This document shows, one piece after another, positions 37,757 to 50,542 of a stretch of 64,000 nucleotides of DNA (position 1 is the stretch's first letter; each line of letters starts with the position of its first letter). This stretch comes from Octopus vulgaris (taxonomy: Eukaryota). Under the pieces are notes generated by a model that was not told the origin of the DNA, made no database searches, and was given only the letters and a program-made list of their open reading frames with translations. The stretch lies in NCBI GenBank assembly GCA_951406725.2, contig OX597819.1:4898001-4962000 (forward strand). Reading direction: 5' to 3'. The position numbers were made by a program, and so were the translations under genes.

Positions 37757-37954
37757 AGTGGTCCCGGTGCGCGCACTCGCGCATCTGCGCTAGCTAGTCG
37801 TGACTAGTCGATCCTTACTTTATGTTTTTGTTTTATTTACTTTGTTTTAAAAAAATTATTTATTTTGTGTTTTAATTTACTTTGCTAGGTGGTCGTTGTA
37901 GGATGCCAGCGCAGGCGGATGCGCGAGTACGCAAGTGCGCGCACTGGGACCACT
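37757..37954. mobile_element. MITE with GC-rich TIRs
   Basis: AGTGGTCCCGGTGCGCGCACT ... AGTGCGCGCACTGGGACCACT. Confidence 0.75.
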
Positions 37955-37970
37955 CTTCTTAAGTAGAACC

Positions 37971-38189
37971 TATTTCTTTACTGCCCACTAGGGGCTAAAC
38001 ACAGAGAGGACAAACAAGGACAGACAAACGGATTAAGTCGATTACATCGACCCCAGTGCGAAACTTGTACTTAATTTATCGACCCCGAAAGGATGAAAGG
38101 CAAAGTCGACCTCGGCGGAATTTGAACGGCAGACAAAATACGGCTCCGCATTTTGCCCGGCGTGCTAACGATTCTGCCAGCTCGCCGCC
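37971..38189 (-). mobile_element. SINE family B (Tx1-type tail) with 15-bp TSD
   Basis: TTCTTAAGTAGAACC (37956-37970) / TTCTTAAGTGGTACC (38190-38204). Confidence 0.9.
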
Positions 38190-39130
38190 TTCTTAAGTGG
38201 TACCATTATCGGTTAATCTCTATCTTCAATGTTAATGCTGGTACATCCCAACCGTGGCAGATACGTGCCACGTGTTACGTGTGTGAAGGTGTGTTTACTA
38301 TTTCATGGTAGTTATTTTTACGCAGGATCAATGACTTGCGAAGATGATGAAAGTTATTATAGAAATAGCATCAAACACGAGAATAATATCCTACGCAGTA
38401 AAGTTGGTCGCTGACTGGTCAACTGTAAACAAATAAAACGATACGTGTGGTGAAGCATGTACACTGTATGTAGCTGTTGCTTTTTAGCCCTAGGCCAGCT
38501 CTCTTCAATCGGACTTATGATTAAAGGCTTTCCAACCAAGCCTATTGTTTCGACCTACATTATCTAATGTGTCCCGCCTTATTTAAAATGGAAGGATGTT
38601 ATGTAAAGGGACATTTGACTGCTATTTCTAGCAGCCGAGAGATTGCTTAAAGTTGTCCTTCCCACATCGGTACAATCTTTTGTGATGACTATGTGTCAAC
38701 AAATGAGTCAGTGTCTGTTTACACTTCTTTCCAGCTCAAGATGGGATTGTCTAGGTGGTCAATAAACCTGCTAGAAATAACAGCCAAATCTCCTGTAAAT
38801 CACATCTGTCTTTTAAAATAAATGTGCGTTTCGTCTCAAATATACACTGCCTCAATAAAAGACAGGGTGGTCACGTTTGAAATGCATTTGATTATAAGTC
38901 TGCTCAATCAACACACTTTGATTAAGTACAAAATAAGTAGGGGGGGGTTCAAAATTAACCAGGGTAAGATTAGTAATTTCTGATTTATTTTTATTTTCTC
39001 CCTTCCTGTTTGAAATCCGTAAGTAATGTATCATCATTTATACTGCTGCAACTGGAGAACTGAAGTGACGAATTTTCCTTATGTTGGACTACTCGTTTTT
39101 TCCCCAGATAAATTTGCTTTCTATAATATA

Positions 39131-39522
39131 CTAGCAGTATCGCCCGGCGTTGCTCGGGTTTGTAAGGGAAATAACTATATAAGCATTTTTAGAGATGTAA
39201 AGTATAATAGCCATCTCAATATGGCTAACCACAAAGGGGGGTTACTGTAGCTTTTTACGTTCTGAGATTTAATAATAAATTTTTAGAGAGTTACTTCCCT
39301 TATATATGCCAAAAATGCATTAAAAATGGGAAAAAATGATGGTAAATTTTTTTTAAATCGTAGACTCATTGTAGACGCGCGCTAATACCCAGAAGGGCTC
39401 AATATGAATCACGACTATAAGATACCCGGTTTTGGTTAAACTGCACCGCAAAATGTGGGAGTAGTTAGGAATCTAAATCGTAGGAGACAGACAGCACACA
39501 ACCTCACTTTTATATATAAAGA
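39131..39522 (-). mobile_element. Non-autonomous Helitron family A
   Basis: TC and CTAG termini; same subvariant as 25261-25658. Confidence 0.92.
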
Positions 39523-39925
39523 TGTGGCTTGCAATCAATAAAAATATTATAGGGACCAATACATTGATTCGTCCGGAGGCCTATAAAGCTGTTAAGTCGA
39601 CCCTGTAGTTAAGCGCAGCTAACCATACATCTATGTGTGTGTGAGTGTTTGTAATTTATGCACGTCTACAAATTAACACGCATATCGCTCCAATTTTAGG
39701 AGGATATTGGTTACGACCATGGCTGTGCTTTTGTTAACTTATTTTCCCCGAGGCACCCGTGGATAGCGGTAAAACTCGACTTTCAACCAAAACTTTTACC
39801 AATTTTGAACGTTGGGGAAAAGTTTGCTAACATGAGTAAAGTCTCCTTCTTGCAATAGCGACATTATTGTGTGTGTATGTGTGTGTGTGTGAGAGAGAGT
39901 AAGAGAGAAGGTGTGTTGATGTGTG

Positions 39926-41967
39926 GGATCTTTTCCTTTTGAACGGCACATGTCAACACAATTTCTAGTTAACTAAACACTTTTAATCTTCGTATACTGG
40001 TAGAATGTGCTTATAAAACATCATTTTTTCTTGGCTTGGATCTTTTCCTTTTGATAGACGGAATTCAACACAATTTCTAGTTAACTAAACAATTTGAAAC
40101 TTCGTATACTGGTAGAATGTGTCAAAAGAAAACATTTTTTCACTTGGCTTTTTTGATAAATTTCTAATTTGTAAGTTTAACGTAGTTTAATTCTTCGAAT
40201 TTTAACCAATGAATTGCCAGTATTTGAGCACAAATCATTTGCTGCGTCTAAAAACTCAGACAACATCCTGTTACAACGTAAACAGCGCACGCACACACAC
40301 ACACACACACGTGTTATTCATCCTTCTCTCTTCTGTCTGTCTCGCTCATCGATATTGATAAACAAACGAAGCATGTGCTAGAAATAACAGCCATATCTCT
40401 TAAATCGATGAATTTCGTTGCCCAATATTAATGATATTTTTTGAAAATTTTCTTTTTTTTTACCGAAAAGGCTTCTCCCATGGTTTTGAAGGGCCAAAAA
40501 CAACAAAAAAAACAAAACAATAATATGCCTAAATCGGTCTAGAGTGGGATATGAGGGTGCACGTGGAGTGTGGGTCGTATTGTAAAAATTTGCGAAATAT
40601 TTTTTCATAAAAGGATGCCCCAGCTTGTCGGAGGCTGTGATATAAATTGGGAAAAAATCCTCGACACCAGTGCGTAATTGGTACTTAATTTATCGACCCC
40701 GAAACGATGAAACATTGACCCCCCCCATTTCTGGTTTATTTACCTTTTGTGTAAATTTGTTCCGGCAAGGGGCAAAACACAGAGGGGACAAAGCATGAGA
40801 TACAAAAGTATTAAGTCGATTCTATCGACACCAGTGCGAACTCACGAACGTGTATGTATGCTTGTGTGCGTATGTGTGTGTATGTATATCTCCGTTTGTA
40901 TGTGTGTGTACGCTTATATATTAATTACTATGTGCTTGTGCAAATGTATATGCATGTGTTTGAGAGAGAGAGAGAGAGAGAGAGAGAGTGACAGAGTGTG
41001 TGTGTGTGTGTGCAAGTGTACGTGTGTATGTATCTGAATATATGTGTGTGTGTGTGTATGCGGCGTGCGTCTCCTCGTTTGTTTATCAATATCGATAACG
41101 CAGCAAATGATTTGAGCTCAAATGCTGGCAATTCATTGGTTAAAATTTGAAGAATTAAACTACGTTAAACTTACAAATTACAATTTTCTCAAAAAAGCCA
41201 AGTGAAAATAATGTTTTCTTTTGACACATTCTACCAGTATACGAAGTTTCAAATTGTTTAGTTAACTAGAAATTGTGTTGAATTCCGTCCATCAAAAGGA
41301 AAAGATCCCTTGGCTTTATTGAGAAAATTCTATAGTTTGTAAGATATTTCGTCTGAAATTTCAAGCATTTCAGTAATTTTAACCAATCGCTGACCTCCAT
41401 TTGGGGTGAAAACGTTCCGTGCTGTATGAATATGTCCCTCGTTTAAGAAACAGATTGGGTTTATTTACATTTGCAAAGGAAAAAGATATCCTTCCCCCAC
41501 CTCTAACCCTAAATCTAATTCTAAATCTAAAATAGATTGAAATGCAATAGATCGATACTAGGGTTATAATTATGGGTGACATTTTCATTTGACACCGCTA
41601 GAAAAAAATCCCATTTTCCGTAGCGGTGTTGTATGAAATTGTCACCCATAATTATAACCCTAGTATTGATCTATTGCATTTCAATCTATTTTAGATTTAG
41701 GGTTAGGGTTAGGGGTGGGGGAAGGGTATCTTTTTCTTCTTCGCAAATATAAATAAACCCAATCTGTTTCTTAAATGAGGGACATATTCATACGGCACGG
41801 AATGTTTTCACCCCAAATGGAGGTGAGCGATTGGTTAAAATTGCCTAAATGCTCGAAATTTCAGATGAAATATTTTACATAAACACATTCTACCAGTATA
41901 CAAAGTTTAAAAGTGTTTAGTTAACTAGAAATTGTGTTGACATGTGCCGTACAAAAGGAAAAGATCC
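39926..41967. mobile_element. Palindromic Merlin-type MITE (outer), interrupted by a related copy
   Basis: TIR GGATCTTTTCCTTTTG; 8-bp TSD GATGTGTG/AATGTGTG; mirror centre about 41610; TTAGGG repeats at 41698-41713. Confidence 0.85.
40038..41308. mobile_element. Merlin-type MITE (inner) with approx. 300-bp TIRs
   Basis: Perfect 8-bp TSD CTTGGCTT (40030-40037 / 41309-41316); GG...CC termini. Confidence 0.9.
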
Positions 41968-42092
41968 AATGTGTGTGTGAGGGACAGAATGACAGCGTAC
42001 ATTTTTAAAATTTATTTTTCCTTGCATCATTTTTGAGTGAGTGAGTGACTGAGAGAAAGAGAAAGGGAGAGAGAGAGAATGATAGCGTAATG

Positions 42093-42238
<146 letters not shown>

Positions 42239-42559
42239 GGATGTGATCTTCAAAATCAACTGATAAAAGCAACAGATGTGTTTCAGTGTTATTAAAACTT
42301 CTTAGCGAAGTATATTTTCACTCAGTTGGCAAGCCTAAGAAAGAGTAATCGAATATCAAAGCAGTCGAATGTCAAAGGTAGAGGAAAATACAATTTTACT
42401 CAAGCCGAAAAATATTCAGAAACTGTTACTCAGATTTTCATGTGACCATTTGTCAAACGTGTGATAATACATGTATTATCATAACTGTCTGACAAACTGT
42501 CATGTGAAGCTCCCTGTGTCAGTTTGGGAATGTTTTGGCAGATTTCATAAAATAGTATA

Positions 42560-42965
42560 CTCTTTACTCTTTTACTTGTTTCAGTCATTTGACTGCGACC
42601 ATGCTGGAGCACCGCCTTTAGTCGAGCAAATCGACCCCGGGACTTATTCTTTGTAAGCCCAGTACTTATTCTATCAGTCTCTTTTGCCAAACCGCTAAGT
42701 GACGGGAACGTAAACACACCAACATCAGTTGTCAAGTAATGTTAGGGGGACAAACACACACACATAAACAAACACACATACGCACATATATATATATACA
42801 TATATACGACAGGCTTCTTTCAGTTTCCGTCTACCAAATCCACTCACAAGGCATTGGTCGGCCCGGGGCTATAGCAGAGGACAGTTGCCCAAGATGCCAC
42901 GCAGTGGGACTGAACCCGGAACCATGTGGTTGGTTAGCAAGCTACTTACCACACAGCCACTCCTG
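42560..42965 (-). mobile_element. tRNA SINE family A, near full length
   Basis: Reverse complement of 43549-43948. Confidence 0.9.
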
Positions 42966-43002
42966 TATAGATAAATATATATATATATTATGAGTAATGA
43001 TC

Positions 43003-43336
43003 AGCTTCGGTCATGAATGACCATGGGATTGCACCTAGAAAGTTCCCCTCCGAGGCACAAGTCTGCGGGAAAGGTTATTTATGGAAGACCAACAGTCACC
43101 CATGCATACCAGGCTCTCCTCTCCACACCACTGATGTTATCCAAGGGAAAGGCAAAGGGGCCGATACAGTTTGGCACTAGTGACGTCGCAGTTCGTTTCT
43201 ACAGCTGAGTGAACTAGGGCAACATGAAAATAAAGTGTCTTGCTCAAGAACACAACATACAGCCAAGCACGGGAATCGAACTCACAACCACATGATTGAG
43301 GACCTGACACTCTAACCACTCAGCCATACGCCTTCA
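43003..43336 (-). mobile_element. tRNA SINE family D with CORE-like domain (possibly octopus OR2)
   Basis: A box TGGCTGAGTGG, B box GAGTTCGATTCC, CORE-like GTTGTGTTCTTGAGCAAGACACTTT; family name is recalled, not verified. Confidence 0.75.
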
Positions 43337-43448
43337 TCACACACACACACATATTCTAGATGAAAATACTTCTTCCATTTAGGGCGTTATTACCATCAAA
43401 AGCTGTTCCATTTATTTGACTCCGTCTAATAAATTGATTCTTCCAATG

Positions 43449-43948
<500 letters not shown>

Positions 43949-44874
43949 AAAGATATACGTACATATATTTCTTTTATTTCTTGTTTCAGTCATTGGACAG
44001 CAGTCATGCTGAGGCTCCGTCTAGAAAAATCTGTAGTTGAATAAATCGACCCCGTACTTATTTTTTAAAGCCTAGTACTGGGTCTTATTCGTCTCTTTTG
44101 CCATTTTATGGTTTCATGATGATGCAGTTTTAGGTTATTCAGAATTTCCATCGAAACACCAATTACTTAACAGTAAACTAGGAGAGACCTTGAGATGTTT
44201 TTTACACCTGCATAAGGGAAAATTTAAGCATTTTCATACAGTTATCGGGTAAGATGATATCCTATATACAAAGCGGGGGTTCCCGATTGATAGATGTATA
44301 TGTTTGGATATTATCTTTCCTAAAATTCAACTAAATTAAACTTAAATGTTGAAGTGAATCGAACGGCTTTTGTGTGTTTCTTAAATGGCTTACAAACACC
44401 TTCCACGCTGCAACTAAATATTGCTATCACTAAATTAAAATATCTTCTTTTTCTTCTTGTAAACACAAACAGGTTTGACAACTTATGTATGTCATTGTTC
44501 CGTTCTATTTCAAGATTTCTTGTCAATAGAGAAAGAACCGGTTTGTAACCTAGATCCAAGGTTCCCTCTCTCTCTCTCTCTTTCGGAGAGGCACTGAGCA
44601 GCTATACGCACACATACACACACGGCAGTAACTTCCGCTTACCGAATTCAATCACAAAGCTCCGGTCGGCTCAGGGCTATAGTGGAAGACACCTACCCAA
44701 AGTGCCACGCAGTGGGACTGAACCCAAAACCTTGTAGCTAGGAAGCAGGCTCCCTAACCACACCATTGAAATTTCAACTTCAACAACAGGGTGTTTTTCT
44801 TTGTATGTATGTATGTATGTATGTATTTATGTATGCATGTATGTACGTACATATCTCTTTTTTTTTTCTTTTTT

Positions 44875-45256
44875 CTTTTTACTTGTTTCAGTCATTTGAC
44901 TGCGGCCATGCTGGAGCACCGCCTTTAATCAAGCAACTCCACCCCGGGACTTATTCTTTGTAAGCCCAGTACTTATTCTATCAGTCTCTTTTGCCGAACC
45001 GCTAAGTTACGGGGACATTAACACACCAGTATCGGTTGTCAAGCAATGCTAGGGGGACAAACACAGACACACAAACATAGATATATATACATATATACGA
45101 CAGGCTTCTTTCAGTTTCCGTCTACCAAATCCACTCACAAGGGTTTGGTCGGCCCAAGGCTATAGTAGAAGACACTTGCCCAAAGTGCCACACAGTGGGA
45201 CTGAACCCGGAACCATTTGGTTGGTAAGGAAGCTACTTACCACACAGCCACTCCTG
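44875..45256 (-). mobile_element. tRNA SINE family A, near full length (partial copy at 44630-44765)
   Basis: Reverse complement of 43549-43948. Confidence 0.9.
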
Positions 45257-45269
45257 TATGTATGTGTAT

Positions 45270-46520
45270 GTATGTAGTTGCATATCTAGACATGCTCATA
45301 TATATTTAAATGATAAACTTCAGGAAAACTTTACAGATTTTTACAGTTCCAGTGATGGATTGGATCTGTAGTCTTCAAATTAATTTTCTCCTTTTTGGTT
45401 TTGAGAAGCCTAATTTCTCTAGATTGGTATTTAGGCAGAGTGTTACATATCCCAGGGACCAACAATTACAATAATTACTTGAACTTGTAATCAGGATAGA
45501 GTAACTGCAGATTTCTCAATAGTTCAGCATAGGTGTTCTCTTTTTCTCTGATCTTCAGCTTTATGTTAACACCCGCTGAGTAACTAATTTCCACAACTGT
45601 GCAGTTTTTCTTCTTATATCCCAAATCCTTATGTCAGGTTTGTTGTGCTTACATTTTATTGAGGTCTTCACTGGGACATTCCACCAGTATTCCTTTTTAT
45701 TATGAGTGGCTATGGCTTCTACCACACTGTGGGTTCTTATTTCTTTGTCCTGGGGGTTATCCTTCCTACAGATTTTATCATAGTGCCCTAGCTACAGCAT
45801 CATGTCTCATTGGCAGTTAATACTGTGTTGACATTTTCAGATAACTGTTTATGATCATCATCATCATCATCATCGTCGTTTAACGTCCGTTCTCCATGCT
45901 AGCATGGGTTGGACAGTTCGACCGGGGTTCTGGGAAGCCAGAAGGCTGCACCAGGCTCCAGTCTAAATTTGGCAATGTTTCTACAGCTGGATGCCCTTCC
46001 TAACGCCAACCACTCCGTGAGTGTAGTGGGTGCTTTTACGTGCCACCTGCACAGGTGCCAGGCGGGGCTGGCAACGGCCACGGTCAGATTGGTGTATTTT
46101 ATGTGCCACCGGCACGGAAGCCAGTCGAGGCGGTGCTGGCATCGGCCACGAGTCGGATAGTGCTTTTTACGTACCACCAGACCAGGGATCCTGGCTGGTT
46201 CAATTCGATTTCGATTTCGCTTGCCCCAACATGTCTTCACAAGCAAAGGGGGTTGGCAAGGGTGCCTGTCGTACGGTCGCATTGGAGTATTTTACGTGCC
46301 ACGGCCACGAGTCGGATAGTGCTTTTTACGTACCATCAGACCAGGGATCCTGGCTGGTTCAATTCGATGTGGGTGATATTTTCAACGTGAACTCCACAAA
46401 GTCTGCATCGGTTGTCACATTTTACTGCTTTTCCTGCATCTCTGTACCTTTTGTGCATCAATTATTTGGTTGATACTTCATGTTCCTGGATTGCAAACGT
46501 ATACCCTTCTATATCTATGT
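45270..46520 (-). mobile_element. R4/Dong-clade LINE 3' relic (CCHC plus RLE), interrupted at 45856-46366
   Basis: EGYTFAIQE...CRLCGVHVENITHI, RHDAVA, CKHNKPDIRIWD, YAELLRNLQLLYPDYKF; flanked by (TATG)n. Confidence 0.78.
45856..46366 (-). mobile_element. SINE-like / non-autonomous retroelement with multi-hairpin body and (GAT)n tail
   Basis: GGTTGGCGTTAGGAAGGGCATCCAGCTGTAGAAAC and tail CCAACCCATGCTAGCATGGAGAACGGACGTTAAACGACGATG; copies at 53558-53858 (minus) and 61380-61480 (plus). Confidence 0.8.
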
Positions 46521-46528
46521 ATGTATGT

Positions 46529-47130
46529 ATAAACCAAAAAAGAGGTATAAGGACTTGCTGAAGGCTTCCTTTGGATATGCTTCCATCTCTCCTGACACAT
46601 GGGAAGGCATAGCTATTGATCGTAACAGGTGGAGAAGGATTGTGCACGACGGGACAGCCACTTTTGAGAAATCTCGAGTTGCACATGAGAAAGTAAGGAG
46701 GGATGTCAGGAAGGGCATTGCTGTTGCACTTCCAGAAGGGAAGGGTCTTCCTATGATGCTGACATGCAGTGTCTGTGCAAGACCCTGCCTCAGTAAAGCT
46801 GGACTCAAGAGTCATCTTCGTAGTCATAAAGCAAGACAGATGAGTGACAACCTGGCCACTGGTGGTGGTGTAACACACCATACTAATCATATCTGTCGGG
46901 CAGGTGGAAGAGAGTGTAATTCAGCAGGAGGACTTAAACGACATGCAAAGCTACATGAAGCCCAGTTACAACTACAGCCGGCTATTACCGGTAAAGGTTT
47001 TAGTTGCCAATTCTGTACAAGTCATTGTAGATCTTTAGCTGGACTAAAAAGTCACATTCGATCACAGCACCAGTAACAGTTAAGCTTCGTGCAATGGCCA
47101 TACTCAATAACGAGGGGGCAGCCATCATCA
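46529..47130 (+). mobile_element. RTE/BovB-like LINE 3' fragment encoding three C2H2-like fingers
   Basis: KPKKRYKDLLK..WEGIAIDRNRWR; CSVC..HLRSH, CRAG..HAKLH, CQFC..HIRSQH; tail GGCCATACTCAATAACGAGGGGGCAGCC(ATC)n. Confidence 0.88.
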
Positions 47131-47469
47131 TGTATGTATGTATGTATGCATGTATGCATGTATGCATGCATGTATGTATGCATGTATATCTGCATGTATG
47201 TATGTATGTATGTATGTATGTATGTCTAATATATTCATACACAAGGAATATTGGTGGAACATTCTCATCAAAATTCTCTCAAGATTATATATGTACATGT
47301 ATATTCTTGACCATCTGAGGTTATTCAAACAATTACCAGGCACAGCCAGTTTAAAAACCTAAATACAAAAATGTGGTGAACCAAAATTAATTTTTAATCT
47401 TTTGAAATTACATTCATAATGAGAAGAGAAATCATTAATGTTAATGACAATTTTTATCATACATACATA

Positions 47470-47860
47470 CACACATACATACCCTGGACACAAATGTGGT
47501 TAGAAAAATACAAAAGAAAGAGGACATCTATCGATCATTAATAAGGAGTTTGCAAATCCAGTACCCAAGATACTCTTTCATCTTCTACTACTGGAGCAAC
47601 AGGATACATACCAAACTGTCCGGAGCAAAGTATGACTGAACTTGGAATCTTGGGGAGAGAATGCAAATCTTTAATTCATAAGCTACAAATGACCACGATA
47701 TCCAAGTCTATAAAAGAAATCTGCAAAACTTTCTTCAGATTTAAAGGATGTTGGTTAAATCATGATGCTTTCCTTATAAACCTTGTTACCAAGTCGGCAG
47801 CTGGTCAAAATTTACTCTAAATTAAAAGAGAAAAAGACATTCATATTATGCATACACACT
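47470..47860 (+). mobile_element. Second R4/Dong-like 3' relic
   Basis: KEDIYRSLIRSLQIQYPRYSF resembles YAELLRNLQLLYPDYKF; bounded by CATA repeats. Confidence 0.5.
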
Positions 47861-48024
47861 ACAGGAAGTAGTTGAACTTTGGCATGTACAAGCTGACGGT
47901 CGTGGAAATTTCCTTGTCTTTGTCATGCCCTCCTTGACACCCCCTAATATATGGCGCCCCGGGCAACTACCTGAGTTGCCAGTACCTTGAGCCGGCCCTG
48001 CAAATGCATACATACATAATACAT

Positions 48025-50192
48025 TATTATGGCTGCCCCCTCGTTATCGAGTATGGCCATTACACGAAGCTTAACTGTTACTGGTGCTGTGATCAAATGT
48101 GACTTTTTAGTCCAGCTAAAGATCTACAATGTGGTTTATGTGGAGGTTGTTCTTTAGCTAACTCTCCATAAAAGAGTTGTTTTGGCATCCTTGAATCCTT
48201 TATCCTAACCAGATGACCACTCCATCTGAGCCTTTGCTTTAACACAAGAGCTTCTATACTTTCACACCGAGAGCCTTCCAATATTTCAAGATCACTGATG
48301 TGGTCCTTCCACTTAATGCTATAGATCCGTCTGAGGCACATCTGATGGAAATGTTCCAGTTGTTTAAGGTGGTATTGATATGTGACCCACGTCTCGCAGG
48401 CATATAGAAGAGAAGGGAGCACACATGCATTGTACACCTTTATCTTTGTCTTTCTGCATATGTCTCGCTGACTCCAGAGGCACTTTTCTAGCCTTCCGAA
48501 AGCAACACTTGCTTTCCTAATTCTATATGGAACTTCATCATCCACATTGCCATATCTATTAATAGTGCTTCCCAGGTAGACAAACTGATCGACTACATCA
48601 AGTCGTTTACCATACACATAGATATTTGGTACACTATACTGCTTACCAGGGGCAGGTTGATGCATGACAACAGTTTTCTTGAGATTGACTGTCAATCCTA
48701 AGGCAGTGCAAGCATCAGAGAATGCATTCAAAATGTGTTGCATATCAATCTCTGTGTGTGCTACTAGCTCACAATCATCTGCATACAAAAGGTCTCTTAT
48801 GATAGAGGCAAATATCTTTGTTTTGCAGCAAGGCGCCTGATATTAAATATGCTGCCAGAGGTTCGATAATGGACGTAAACACCGTATCTGCAGTTTCTGA
48901 ATGCAATACAGAACACCATTGCGAAATATATGGAAAATAGGGTCGGTGCCAGAATATCCCCCTGTTTCACTCCATTTTGTATTGAAACGGGCTCCGACAT
49001 CTTCCCTCTAATATTCAATTATGTCTTCATGAAAGACCTAACCAAAGCAAGGAACTTTTCAGGACACCCAAGTTTCTGGAGGACTTTCCACAATGCTTTT
49101 CTATTGACAGTATCAAAGGCTTTTGTCAGATCGACAAAAACCTGATACAAATCCAGACCCCGTTCCACACACTTTTCCTGAAGCTGTCTAGCTGAAAATA
49201 TCATATCAGCAGTGCCACGTCCCACACGAAAGCCAGATTGACTTTCTGGAAGAACACAATCTGCAATGTATTTCAGCAGACGATCCAGAAGTATCCTGCA
49301 TAAAACCTTTCCTACAGCAGACAGCAATTATACTCCCCTATAATTACAACAATCATTCCTGTTGCCCTTTCCTTTATACAGGACCACTATTACTGAATCT
49401 CTCCAGTCCTCAGGTACAGATTCACTAGTCCATATCTTACCAAACAAAGAGTGAAGTTTCTGCAGAAGTTTCTCACCACCATGCTGTAACAACTCCGCAT
49501 GTGTGCCATCCATACCCGGAGACTTCCCATTATTCAACCTTGAGACAGCCATTGAAACTTCTTCCAACTTTGGTGGTTCTGCGAGTGCTGCCTTCACAGG
49601 TAATCCAGGGATGGGATTGAGAACATCCTCACTAACTACAGACTGCTGATTCAAAAGTTCATCAAAGTGTTCTTGCCACCTTCGCAGAATTCCTTGTGAA
49701 TCATGAAGAACTTCTTTACCATCCCTGTTTCGAATTGGTGTCATCAGGGAAGACGTCGGTCCATAAACTTCTCGCAAGAGACCATACAACAGCTTTGTGT
49801 TATTGGAATCTGATGCCGCCTGTATCTCATCAGCCTTCTTACTCCACCACGTATCCCTCAGCTGAGAGAGCCTTTGCTTCACACGTGATTTTACGTCCTT
49901 GAGTTCCTTATGCAACACTTCCCTTTCCTATGGCTTTGCTGACAAATAGCATGACAAAGTACGACTTTCATCAGCCAATAAATCATCTATTTGGTCGTCA
50001 TTTTCTTTGAACCAATCTTGATGCTTTCTTTGTATCAATCCTAGAACTTTCTTGCCTATATCATAAACTGACTTTTTAAGGGTCGGCCAATCCTCCCCAA
50101 TATCTGCAGCATTCATTTCCTCTCGTAAAGTTCTCTTCACACTATTATACCTAAGACGATCAACATTCAGTCTTTTTGTTCTTTTAGAACAA
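48025..50192 (-). mobile_element. RTE/BovB-like LINE, 5'-truncated, RT region
   Basis: GKSPGMDG, YKGKGNRNDCCNYRG, LPESQSGFR, FVDLTKAFDTV, GVKQGDILAPTLF, YADD, FVYLGS, LRWSGHLVR; same 3' tail as 46529-47130. Confidence 0.93.
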
Positions 50193-50542
50193 TCATACAT
50201 ACATACGTACATTTGTATTGTTTCTTTGATATTAATGTTTGTGTTGAACTGTAATCTTAAATATTTTGATGTTATTTTATGATAATTTAAAGATAAAAGT
50301 TGTATAAATCTTATCTAAATACAATCTCATTGTTACATTTGTATTTATTTCCATCTGCGCAGTTATACACACCAACGCACATATATCAATACTCCGACTC
50401 GCTAGTTCATTCATGCCCAAAGACACCCCAGCCACACACAAACACAGATTACCGATTGCGTAGGAAATGGGTTATCTAACCTGCAAGTTAATAATCTTTA
50501 TAAAAATATATATTAGTGACAGAGGCAGTGTTTATAACGAGG

